Below are positions 46,171 to 55,638 of a stretch of DNA of 64,000 nucleotides, one piece after another; position 1 is the first letter of the stretch, and each line of letters begins with the position of its first letter. The notes under the pieces are model-generated. The model saw only the letters and a list, made by a program, of their open reading frames with translations, had not been told where the DNA came from and ran no database searches. The DNA is from an uncultured Phycisphaerales bacterium (lineage in GTDB: Bacteria > Planctomycetota > Phycisphaerae > Tepidisphaerales > Tepidisphaeraceae): positions 3,424,001 to 3,488,000 of the forward strand of contig CAVWLP010000002.1 of the NCBI GenBank assembly GCA_963755915.1, read 5' to 3'. The position numbers and the translations under genes are program-made.

Positions 46171-47061
46171 TCACGCCGTCTGGCCGGCGGATACCCCCAC
46201 ATCAGAAGACAACGGCGGCTCTGTCACGGTGTCTTCCGGGGGGGAGCACCCTTCATCGCCGGCGGTACTCCGCCGTCCTTTTGGATTTGTCTTTTCCGGT
46301 GTCCCGGATTGGCCTGCCGTGAGCGAAGTCGAATGGCCCCCATGCCGAAGGCGGTAGCTCTTGCCGGTGATGTTGATGATCGTGGCGTGCTGCAGGAACC
46401 GATCCAGAATGGCCGTGGCCGCCGGCACGTCGCCGATCAGCTTGGCCCAGTCCTCCAGTGGACGGTTGCTGGTCATCATCGTCGAGCGGTTCTCGTGCCG
46501 GCGCATGACGATCTCCAGCAGGCATTCGCCGCTGCGCCGCGGAAGCTGCTTCATTCCCATGTCGTCGATGATAAGCAGATCAGGCTTGAGATACCGGGCC
46601 AGCGTCTTGTCCTGGGCTCCCAGATCCTCGTCGCCTAAAAAGTCGCGGGCCAGGTCGAAGATGGATCGGTACAGGACCACCAAGCCGCTCTTGATCGCCT
46701 GGTGTCCGATGGCCTGGGCCAAAAACGATTTGCCCACGCCGGGCGGACCCAGCAAGAGCACGTCACGTTTGTCACGAATGAACTGGCCGGCGGCCAGATC
46801 GTGAATCTGTTTGCGTTTGATGGAGGTGTTGAAGGAGAAGTCGAACTCGTCGAGGTTTTTGGTGTCGCGGAACATCGCCGCCTTGACGCGCCGGCCGATC
46901 TGCCGGCTGGATCGGACGTTCAGTTCATCCTGAAGGATCAGTTCCAAAAACTCACTGTGGTCGAGCCGATTGCCGGCCGCCTCGCTCAGGCGAACTTCAA
47001 GGCTGCTCGCCAGACCTGAAAGCCGAAGTTGCTTGAGCGTCTGCATCAACGAAGGTCTCAT
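46171..47061 (-). CDS. istB: IS21 helper ATPase IstB
   Basis: LDEFDFSFN, GPPGVGKS, LLIIDDMG, TSNRPLEDW, AILDRFL, GKSYRL. Confidence 0.95.
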   Translation of the reverse strand: MRPSLMQTLKQLRLSGLASSLEVRLSEAAGNRLDHSEFLELILQDELNVRSSRQIGRRVKAAMFRDTKNLDEFDFSFNTSIKRKQIHDLAAGQFIRDKRDVLLLGPPGVGKSFLAQAIGHQAIKSGLVVLYRSIFDLARDFLGDEDLGAQDKTLARYLKPDLLIIDDMGMKQLPRRSGECLLEIVMRRHENRSTMMTSNRPLEDWAKLIGDVPAATAILDRFLQHATIINITGKSYRLRHGGHSTSLTAGQSGTPEKTNPKGRRSTAGDEGCSPPEDTVTEPPLSSDVGVSAGQTA

Positions 47062-48786
47062 GGGGTGGACTCCCTTCGGCTCTGCTCAGGGCAGGCCTGT
47101 AAAGGTTGTGCGGCAGGCAAAGCCTCCGCTTGGGTGATTGCGTCGCGTACGAACTGTCCGTAATCGGCCAGTCCGCGGATGATTGGATGTTCCTGAACAA
47201 ACTCGAAGTGTTGTTGAACCGGCGCGCCGTTTTGGTGTTCGATGAGCTGCCGCAGGGAGCGCAGGTGATACGCGCCATGCCCCAGAGCAATCTCGCAGGC
47301 TCGTTCCACGGCCGGTCGCGGCTGCTGATTGGCCAGCGACAGCAGCCCCATCAACACGCGCACGCCTTCGATGCCGCGATGCTGAAGCATTGACTGCGCC
47401 CACTGCGTGGCGTGCGGCCCGATGCATTCGATCCGCTGGAGAAGCCAGGTCGTTCCACGCTCGATGCCGCTGATCTTCTCCGGCAGGATATGGGCGTCTT
47501 GCGTCGAGAACCTGCCCGGCGGACGCTGCGCGTGCAGAGCGATCGCACGCATCTTCTGATCGAACAGCCGGACCGTGCGCCGTTCCACCGCGCCCAGACC
47601 CGCTGGCCCAAAAACTCCGGCGGGACCGAATAGTACGCCCCCTTGATCTCCACGTGCCCGTCGCGGTGAACACTGCGCAACGCCTCGGTGAAAAGATCGA
47701 ATCGCACCGGCGGCAGAGCCAACAGTGCCGGCTTCTCTACCTGCTCGAAGACTTCCTTCACCTGCCGCCGCGTCGTGCCGTGGATGCGCGTGTCGGCCAC
47801 GCTCTTCTCCCACGTCAGCAGATGCGCGTTCTGATCCGAGAGCGAGGCGAATTGCCGGCCTTTGAGAGCATTGCTCTTCACATAGCCGATGCCCCGCTCG
47901 ATCTTCCCCTTGTGCCGCGGCGTGTACGGCTTGGTGGGCAGAATGGCGATTCCATAATGTTCGGCGAACGACCGGACCTTGGGACACAACTCCGCCTCGA
48001 ACCAGTCCGCCCGCGTCACCGCCGCGCGAAGATTGTCGATCACCAGCGCGACGGCATCCCGCCGAAGTGCGTAAAGGCATTTTCCAGACAACGCAGAAAA
48101 TCATCGGTCGTCTGCCGCTCCACCGCCTCGGCGTACCCCTTGCGGCTGTGGCTCAGCACAATGCGGAAGACCCAGGTTGCTTTGCGTTTGCCGTCAGGAC
48201 CGACCAGGGCGCACCCCGGCCGAAGTCCACCTGCGCCTCGGCTCCCGGCTCGCATTCCATCCGGCGAAAGGGCGCCGGCGCGGCAGCCGAGAGCTTCTTG
48301 ATGAACCGGCGCACGCTGTAATAGCTGCCGGCATAGCCGTGATCGCTGGAGATGTCTTGATAAATCCGCTGGGCCGTCAGCCCGGCTTCCAACTTCTGAA
48401 CAATGACCTCACGCCAGGGCGATGCCGTACTGACCGACCCGATGGGCGCGCCGGATAACCCGGTGGGCGCGCTCTCCGAGCCGCCTGCGGCGAGCACCGT
48501 CGAGCCGCCTGCGGCGAGCACCGTCGAGCCGCCTGCGGCGAGCACCGTCGAGCCGCCTGCGGCGAGCACCGTCGAGCCGCCTGCGGCGAGCACCGTCGAG
48601 CCGAGGGGCGCGCTGGCCGGTTTTGAATCCGATCCGGGCGCCGCAGGATCGCCGCCCGACAACCGGATGTGGCGTCCAACGGTCTCCCGGTGAACGCCGA
48701 GTTGGCGGGCGATGTTCCGATTGGACCAGCCGCTGCGCAAGTGCCAAAATTGCTTGTACTTCCGCCATCTTGAGTTGATTGGCCAT
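47058..48786 (-). CDS. istA: IS21 DDE transposase IstA (several frameshifts)
   Basis: HTH IARQLGVHRETV, PGAEAQVDFG, VIDNLRA, PRHKGKIER, YYSVPP. ATGA overlap with istB. Confidence 0.9.
48478..48597 (-). repeat. Perfect 24-bp tandem repeat x5 (STVLAAGG) inside istA
   Basis: GAGCCGCCTGCGGCGAGCACCGTC repeated five times. Confidence 0.95.
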
Positions 48787-49313
48787 CCCACCATTGGCTT
48801 GCGGCAACCGCCGAAAGCCAAGGTCGATAACCCAATCTCCTGTGCCTCAAAATGGCCGGTTTTGGCGCGCCCTCAATTGGCCGGTTTTGCGCGCCCCATG
48901 ACAGCCAGTGAATGATCGTTGCCACAGGATCGCGCCCGAAGTCGTGTCGATCGCATAGATCGAGTCGTTGGCCGTCGCCACGAAGACAACGTTGTGCGTG
49001 CCAGTCGATCCGGCCGTGGTGTTTGCGCCGGCGATGATGCTCACGCCGGGATCAGTGAGCGGCTCGGCATAGACCGGGCCGTCGATGGAAACCGTGTATT
49101 GTTTGCCGAAGGTGTCGGTGCTGAGCGTCGTCGACGTCAGGATCGACTCCTGCTGGTTCACGCCGGCGTCTACGTTATTGTTCTGGTACTGAGTAACGCT
49201 GACCGAGAGCAGAACCCTGCTCTCGAGCACTTCAATGAGAGACTTGGCTCGTTTCATTTTGACCCCCGCCAATATATTACGTCGGCATCCGAGGGGGTCA
49301 ATTACAAAGGGCT

Positions 49314-50434
49314 TTAGTGCTTTCGTGCGGTTACGTTTTCGAAGAGGGGATTATTGAGTTTGAGCGCGCCCGCAGGCTTTTCCGTCGCGACTTTTTCCGC
49401 CGCGGGCGGTGGGGCGGGGGACGCGGGTGGTTGTTCGGCGGCGCTGTCGGCGGCTGTTTCCGCGGGGGCGACGTCGGGGCGGTAGAGGCGGCCGTTGAAG
49501 GCTTTTTGCCAATCGGTCCAATTGGCTTCGGTGAGGGAGGCGTCGCCACGCGTGAGAGCCAGCGCCATCATCAGTTTGGCGTCGAGGTTCTCAATGGTGT
49601 GGACGGCGATGGCTTCGGGAGTCGAGGGGATGCGGGCGGCGCCGAATTCGGGTTCGCCGTGATGGCTCAGGATGATGTGCTGAATCACGTCGATGAGGGG
49701 GCGAGGGAGCTTTTCGCCGAGGATTTTTCGGCGGCTTCGGCTTTGCGTTCGACCCAGATGGCGCCCATGACGATGTGGCCGACGAGCTGGCCGCCGTCGG
49801 TGTAGGCGAAGGCGCTTTCGTAGGAAAGCTCGGCGGTTTTGGCGAGGTCGTGAAGGAAGATGCCGGCGACGACGAGATCGCGATTGAGGGCGGGATAGAA
49901 TTTGCAGACGGCGTCGGCGACTTCCATGGCGTTGAGGGTGTGCTCGAGCAGGCCGCCGATGAAGGCGTGGTGGAAGTTCATGGCGGCGGGGGCACGGCGG
50001 AATCTGGCCATCAGTTCGGCGTCGTCGAGATAGGTTTGGATGAGTGCGGCGAGGGGGCGGTTTTTGATGGTGCCGCAGACCTCCAGGACGCGGGCATACA
50101 TCTGATCGACATCCTTGTCGGTATGAGGCATGAGGTCGGCGACGTCGAAGGTGTCGGGCTTGGCGGCCCACATCTGCTCGACGATGAGCTGGAGATTGTT
50201 CTGGTAGTTTTCGACGCGGCCGCGGACGCGAAGGAAGCCGCCGTCGGGGATAGCGGAGAACATGTCGCGGGTGGCGTTCCAGATGCGGACGTTGATTTGT
50301 GCGGTACGGTCGGAACAGAAGGCTTTGATGTAGTGCTTGCCGTTGGAGGTGGCGGCGAGCTGCTTGTTGGTGATGATGAAAACGTCTTCAATGATGTCGC
50401 CGGGCTGTGAGTCGCGGAGGAAAAGGCGTCGCAT
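49314..50434 (-). CDS. yhaM: 3'-5' exoribonuclease YhaM family (OB-fold plus HD domain; frameshift near 49720)
   Basis: PAAMNFHHAFIGGLLEHT, GIFLHDLAK, GQLVGHI, IILSHHGEPEFGA, IENLDAK. Confidence 0.85.
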
Positions 50435-50446
50435 TCGTTGGTTATA

Positions 50447-50534
50447 GAATGCCGAATGCCGAATGCCAAATGACGAATGGTGTGAAAGGTGTGAAGGTGT
50501 GAAGGGGGAATTGCAAATTGCCGATTGTGGAATG
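50447..50534. repeat. Intergenic 7-mer (GAATGCC) and 8-mer (GGTGTGAA) tandem arrays
   Basis: gaatgccgaatgccgaatgccaaatgacgaatg followed by ggtgtgaa x3. Confidence 0.8.
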
Positions 50535-50736
50535 CGATAAGCTGAGCAGGGGTGAAGGTTTGATGGTGGGAAGTGAAGACGAGGTTTACATAATGTTACG
50601 TTTTTTTACATTTTTCGCGATTTTGTTAGTGAATGCTAAGCATAATTCCTATAAGTGATTGATTGATAAGTTGTTATGCGTTTATATTGGAGGCGTTAAT
50701 TTGGGTAATATGAAATTTTTGGGGCGGGGCGGGGGG

Positions 50737-53700
50737 TCAGTTGTTGGGGACGACGACGGTTTTTAGGTATCGGGTGGTGGGGTCGGCGTTGACGCCGGTG
50801 CGGTCGACGATGAAGGCGTAGCGACGGGTGATGACGGGGGAGGCATTGGCCGTGCCGACGTTCTGCCAGCCCTGGACTTCAATGTAGACGGTGAAGGTGT
50901 CGCTGCGCGTGGTGATGAGGTTGGAGATGCGATTAAGGACGGCGAAGTCGGTCTGGTAGTCTTCGCCGAGGCCGGTGGCCGTGACGTTGAAGGTTGGCGC
51001 GCCGGGCGGCGAGGCGGTGGCGGGCACATTGTTGGGCGATGAGGCTGTCGCGTTCGGAAATGCGGGATCGGGCGGGCAAAGCAGTCCGTCCAGGCTGGAG
51101 ACACCGCCGGTCCCGCCACCGGCGGTCAGGTTGATGTACCCTTCCGCGGTTTGGAATCCAGCGGGGCCGTGGGTGCCGGCGCTGGTCGTATGCAAATCAA
51201 CGACTTGGTTTAGACCAAAAATTGAGGTGAAAGGACCGTGGGCAATTCGCCACGCGACGATTGCTTTAGCGAGACTTTCGTTATCCTGGATATAGTTTGA
51301 GTCCTCAACTTTCGTCACCATGGGTAACATGTTTAGGACCTTCCAGGAAGCCGTGTTGATGTTGATCAGGCCCTGGGGACCGACAGTTCCTTGCGATGTT
51401 TCGTCGGTGGCGGTGGGATCAGCGCTGAAGGCGACCGTTGGTCCAGGGGTTGCGGCTACGGGCGGATTCGCCGTCGGGTTGCCCGTGGTCGCCGCTGGGT
51501 ATTTGTAGACATTCGGTGTCGTGCTGGGCGTTGGGCTGTAAGTTTGTATGACATCATTGGTGTTCGGATCGAAGTTTGGAAACACGGTGTCGCTGGAAGA
51601 TTGCACGGTAACGTAAGAAAAAAGGTTTTGTGCCCAAGCGTAGAAATCAGGGTTGCCGGAGGCGGATGGCGTCGCTCGGGCCAGCATCGGACAGAAACGG
51701 CCCACGTTTTCGAGGTTCTGATCTACCGCTGTGGTGGTGGAGTCTATCGTTGTGTAGCCACTCACCGTTGCATAGGCATCGGCGAAGGAAAGGTCCATCG
51801 GCAGGGAGTTCATCTCTACAAAGTTTACCGGCTCGAATGGAGCGGCGGTGTTTATCTGGGAGATCCGGTAAGCGCCGACGAAGGGGATATCGAGCATGTC
51901 GCCGTTGCGCGGGACGGTGCCGAAAGGCGCACTGTAAGGGGTGAGAGTCGAATTGGTGACAGCTACGGTCGGGTTGTCCTGTGCGCCAGTCGATTCCACG
52001 CCCACGGGGTAGATGGTCGGGTTGGGGAAGTGGCTCTGGATGTTTGTCGTAGCATTGATGCCCAGGTTATAAAACTGTGTCGGCGGGAAGTTATTTATGT
52101 ACGTCGAAAGTCCTGGCAGGGTGGGAGTTCCTGGCAGGACGTCCACGCCGAACTGAGGCGTGCCTTGGGGATTGGACCATAGGCCTCCTAGACCGCCGGA
52201 GGGTTCCGCTTCATGGAGCGTCCCTTCCTGCCGAGTGGGGGCTGGCGGAGTCAGAACCGTCGAGTAGCGGCCGGGGAAGAATTGACGGAACCAAGTCGCG
52301 GGCGCGGCGCCTTTTATCCGGATGTAACTATACGCGGTGTTCGAGTTTGGGCCGATGAGGTTCATTCCGGTGAAATCATACGAATCGACCGGAACGAGGT
52401 CATAAAGGTTAGGTTGGGTGGGGGTGCCCTCGTCGTAGACGTTTAGAGGTTCGTCAACTGCGGGGGTGGCGGGGTTGCCAGTGGACGAATAAACGCCGTC
52501 GATTCGGCGGGGACGAAGCAAAACCAGCTCTCCGCCGGTGGATGCGGAGGGTGAGGTTATACCCATTGCGTTCGCGAGGACCAATTGGAGTCCGGGGACG
52601 TAAACGTCGCAGGTGTTTGGCGGAGTCGCGGCTGATGGGGCGGTGACGGCTATCCCGTTATACATTCCGTAATAAATCCCTGAAGCGGGAAGTCCGGAGC
52701 TGGCCGGGCGGGAGGGAGCGTCACCGGCTTGTTGGGTGGCGGTCGGGCCTCCGTTGTAGTTTTCGAGAAGGGCGTATCCATGCGCCGGCACAATGATGGT
52801 CCCGGGGGCGACGCTGGTTGCGGTGCTGTAGTTGAAAGTTTCGGGGAACGTCGGGGGCTCGACGGGTATGGGACGAGGATCGTTAAGTGCCTGGAGTTCG
52901 GTATTCGCCGAGGTGCCTGGCGCGATGACCGATGACACGCCGGTGGTAGTAAAGACGAGGTTGGGATAAGTACCGCCCGAAGCGGCGCGGTTAACCAGCC
53001 CAAGCTGCCAGTTGCGCAGGATCATTGGAACCGAGTAGGTGTTGTAGAGTTCTACAGCCACGTATCCGTTGGTAGTTTCAGTGGTGTTCGTCTCTGCATA
53101 GACCTCGCTGATTACGGGCTCGGGGGCATTGCTGTAGACGGTGGCCATTACCGCAGTCGGTGCGGCTGCGCCGCCACCGTTGCTAATCAAGGCCGTGAGG
53201 TAGATGGTGCGGCTGACGATGTTCTGTGAGCTGTCGCGCAAGCCCATGGCGTTAACGGCGGCCAAAGCGGCGCACAGCAGCATCGTATTTTCGGGATCCA
53301 AGCGGGTGACGTTTGTGGTGTTGCCACTGACGTACGTTGGGTCGCGAAGCGGAGACCGGAACTGGTGCTGGAGCGGAAATTGGTTAGGGCCGCCGGTGGT
53401 GTCGGCACCATAGGGGTTGTAACTGAAGCTTGTTCCGAAGGGAGATTGATTGCTGGGGTTTCCGGCCATGACCGACCAGAAGGCGCGGTAGAGTTCCCTA
53501 AAGGTGGCGGTGTTGATGTTGGCCTTGGCGGGGGCTTTGGTCCAGGGCTGGAAGGCCCACTGTGTGTAATAGCTTCCCGGGCCGCCGCCGGCGTTCGGCG
53601 GAAGAAGCGACATTGATGGAGCATTCGCGGTGTTGCCAATGGTCTGTGAGACGTAGATGTAGGTGAAGCCATCGCTGCCAATGACGATGTCGTTGAATTG

Positions 53701-55638
53701 GTAGGTGGTAGGAGCCCCGCTCCAAGCTCCTTTGAAGTGAGTGTAATTGTTTGGTCCGGAGGCATATGGAAGCATGATCCCGGGGATGGCTCCGCTGGCC
53801 GGTGTGACGTATGGGTTGGGGAAAGCGGCGCCGAGGGGATCGAGTGGCTCGCCTGTGTTCGCCGTGGTGCTGTCGTAGACGGGGGTGATGAAGTTCGAGA
53901 CGCCGTTTCGCGTGGTCAGCAGGGGGCGGATGGGCTGGGCACCGGCGGTCGTGCTATATGAAGGCGGTACGTCGTAGTTAAAATTGTTGGTAAACCATGT
54001 GGCGACGTCAGTGGTGGGAATACTACCGTAGGGCGATGATTGATAATACTGCGCCGGGGTTGTGCCGACGGGGGCTGTGTAATAAAGGAGCGAAAACGGC
54101 AGATAGTTTTGGCTTTCGAGCAAGGACGAGGGGAACTGCGATACGGTTGTTTGCGGATTTACGAGGCAAAAACGGTACGCCAGCGCGGCGGCGTCGGAAT
54201 AGGGGGCGGCCTGGAAGCGAGCGGTGGGGCCGTTGAATCCGGGGTTGGCAATGCGGCGAGACATCTGGTTGTAGAGCGCATCGCCTAGGCTCAGGAACTG
54301 GAAATCGGTGCGGGGGACGGATGCGGTCAGGTTGGTCGTGCCCGTGCCCGGGGCCACGTCGCCGTAGGCTGCCACCCCAGGTGGGCTGGTGCCGCCGTTG
54401 GTGACACCGTAGAGATAACTATACAGGGTATTTGTGGTGTCGCTTGTATTCAGAAGTTCGGGTGCGCCGCTGGCACCAAGCAGTCCAACGCTGTCCTGGA
54501 AGAGGGAATAGTAATTTGGAATTGATCCGGTTGCGCCTCCTGAGAGCTGGTATTCGAAGTCGCGACTCCATGCGGTGTTGACGTTGATGGCGGAATTGTT
54601 GTCGATGATTCGAACACCGCCGTACCAAGTGAGGCCCTGGTAGTTTGCGCCGGGAATACGAAACAGGAAGCAGTCGGCGATGCCGTCGCCGTCTGCGTCG
54701 CCCGCAACATACTGCGCGCCGCCGTAATCGAGAGCGGGGACGTAGATTGGCGCTGTTGCTGGGCCGAGCTGCTTGAAATCGGGGACTAAGTTGGTTCCCA
54801 TTTCGCCCGATAGCGTGTGGCCGGCACTGAGCGCGACCGGAAGTGATGCAGCGGTGTCCGGTGTTTCGAACGGAAGGCCGAGGATGGATGTCGCGGTAGT
54901 TAACCCGTTGGGGACGAAAGATTGGGAGATATTCGGCCAGTATGCGGTAAGCTTGTTGAAAGTAGTGGTTCCCGAGACGTATCCGCCGTCGGGGGTTGGA
55001 ATTCTGTCGGCCAGCCAAGGCTGGGTGAGTCCGGACGTGGTCCCCGGAACATGGGTGGTCTGCATCCACGGACTGGACGAACCAAGAACCGGAGCGCTCG
55101 CAGGACTTGCCGTCACGGCGACGTAATAGTTGGGTGGCACAGGCGGGTTAGCCGCTGGGTTTCCTCCAAAGCTTACGACGTCGCCCAGGCCGTAGGTTTG
55201 GCTGGCGACGTATGTTCCGCGGTATTGGCCGTTGGCGGCTTGAGTGAGGGTGGTGTCCTTGACGGTGTTCCCAAACAAATCCCCGGAGTTGTTATTGAGG
55301 TCGTCGGTGATTACGCCCTCGCATGCTTTGGCGATGCCATTGAGCATCGAGTCTACGTCATTGCTGGCGACGTTCTGGGCGGAGGCGACGCGAGAGGAAC
55401 GGGTGGTCGAGATGTAGGCGGCGCCGAGGATTGCGAGGAGAAGTAACAGGACGATGACGATGATTAACACGGAGGCGCGGCGCCTGCTGCCGAAAATTCG
55501 AAACCCGAAATTCGAAGGCGCGGACGCCTTCGTGGCGTAGTCGCCGAGTACGGCCCGGAGCCGTCCAGGCTCCGGACGAATCAAACTCGAAGGTTTAAAT
55601 GATCGAAACAAACGCGCCTCACTTAAGCTTGAAAACAT
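50737..55638 (-). CDS. Giant GspK/PilX-like minor pseudopilin (start uncertain)
   Basis: RRRASVLIIVIVLLLLLAILG (no Glu5), DADGDGIAD, lamin-tail-like PVISEV..VELYN, HhH ININTAS...GPFTS, and C-terminal LITTRSDTFTVY. Confidence 0.75.
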   Translation of the reverse strand: MFSSLSEARLFRSFKPSSLIRPEPGRLRAVLGDYATKASAPSNFGFRIFGSRRRASVLIIVIVLLLLLAILGAAYISTTRSSRVASAQNVASNDVDSMLNGIAKACEGVITDDLNNNSGDLFGNTVKDTTLTQAANGQYRGTYVASQTYGLGDVVSFGGNPAANPPVPPNYYVAVTASPASAPVLGSSSPWMQTTHVPGTTSGLTQPWLADRIPTPDGGYVSGTTTFNKLTAYWPNISQSFVPNGLTTATSILGLPFETPDTAASLPVALSAGHTLSGEMGTNLVPDFKQLGPATAPIYVPALDYGGAQYVAGDADGDGIADCFLFRIPGANYQGLTWYGGVRIIDNNSAINVNTAWSRDFEYQLSGGATGSIPNYYSLFQDSVGLLGASGAPELLNTSDTTNTLYSYLYGVTNGGTSPPGVAAYGDVAPGTGTTNLTASVPRTDFQFLSLGDALYNQMSRRIANPGFNGPTARFQAAPYSDAAALAYRFCLVNPQTTVSQFPSSLLESQNYLPFSLLYYTAPVGTTPAQYYQSSPYGSIPTTDVATWFTNNFNYDVPPSYSTTAGAQPIRPLLTTRNGVSNFITPVYDSTTANTGEPLDPLGAAFPNPYVTPASGAIPGIMLPYASGPNNYTHFKGAWSGAPTTYQFNDIVIGSDGFTYIYVSQTIGNTANAPSMSLLPPNAGGGPGSYYTQWAFQPWTKAPAKANINTATFRELYRAFWSVMAGNPSNQSPFGTSFSYNPYGADTTGGPNQFPLQHQFRSPLRDPTYVSGNTTNVTRLDPENTMLLCAALAAVNAMGLRDSSQNIVSRTIYLTALISNGGGAAAPTAVMATVYSNAPEPVISEVYAETNTTETTNGYVAVELYNTYSVPMILRNWQLGLVNRAASGGTYPNLVFTTTGVSSVIAPGTSANTELQALNDPRPIPVEPPTFPETFNYSTATSVAPGTIIVPAHGYALLENYNGGPTATQQAGDAPSRPASSGLPASGIYYGMYNGIAVTAPSAATPPNTCDVYVPGLQLVLANAMGITSPSASTGGELVLLRPRRIDGVYSSTGNPATPAVDEPLNVYDEGTPTQPNLYDLVPVDSYDFTGMNLIGPNSNTAYSYIRIKGAAPATWFRQFFPGRYSTVLTPPAPTRQEGTLHEAEPSGGLGGLWSNPQGTPQFGVDVLPGTPTLPGLSTYINNFPPTQFYNLGINATTNIQSHFPNPTIYPVGVESTGAQDNPTVAVTNSTLTPYSAPFGTVPRNGDMLDIPFVGAYRISQINTAAPFEPVNFVEMNSLPMDLSFADAYATVSGYTTIDSTTTAVDQNLENVGRFCPMLARATPSASGNPDFYAWAQNLFSYVTVQSSSDTVFPNFDPNTNDVIQTYSPTPSTTPNVYKYPAATTGNPTANPPVAATPGPTVAFSADPTATDETSQGTVGPQGLININTASWKVLNMLPMVTKVEDSNYIQDNESLAKAIVAWRIAHGPFTSIFGLNQVVDLHTTSAGTHGPAGFQTAEGYINLTAGGGTGGVSSLDGLLCPPDPAFPNATASSPNNVPATASPPGAPTFNVTATGLGEDYQTDFAVLNRISNLITTRSDTFTVYIEVQGWQNVGTANASPVITRRYAFIVDRTGVNADPTTRYLKTVVVPNN

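Larger units (their letters stand above)
46049..48903 (-). mobile_element. IS21 family insertion sequence, 2855 bp
   Basis: Ends TGTCACGGGG...CCCCATGACA, each with two AAAACC(A/G)GCCA subrepeats. 6-bp target duplication GCCAGT at 46043-46048 and 48904-48909. Carries istA and istB. Confidence 0.96.
43685..49257 (-). pseudogene. LEPR-XLL surface protein (PQQ-like propeller plus five C-terminal repeats) interrupted by IS21
   Basis: N-part has IEVLESRVLLS...GAILWQRSFTG. It rejoins in frame with LGTGTKSGTD... once the IS and one GCCAGT copy are removed. Confidence 0.88.

Noticed and set aside
48478-48597. Possible CRISPR array
   Set aside because: The repeats are contiguous with no spacers, lie in frame in istA, and no cas genes are present.
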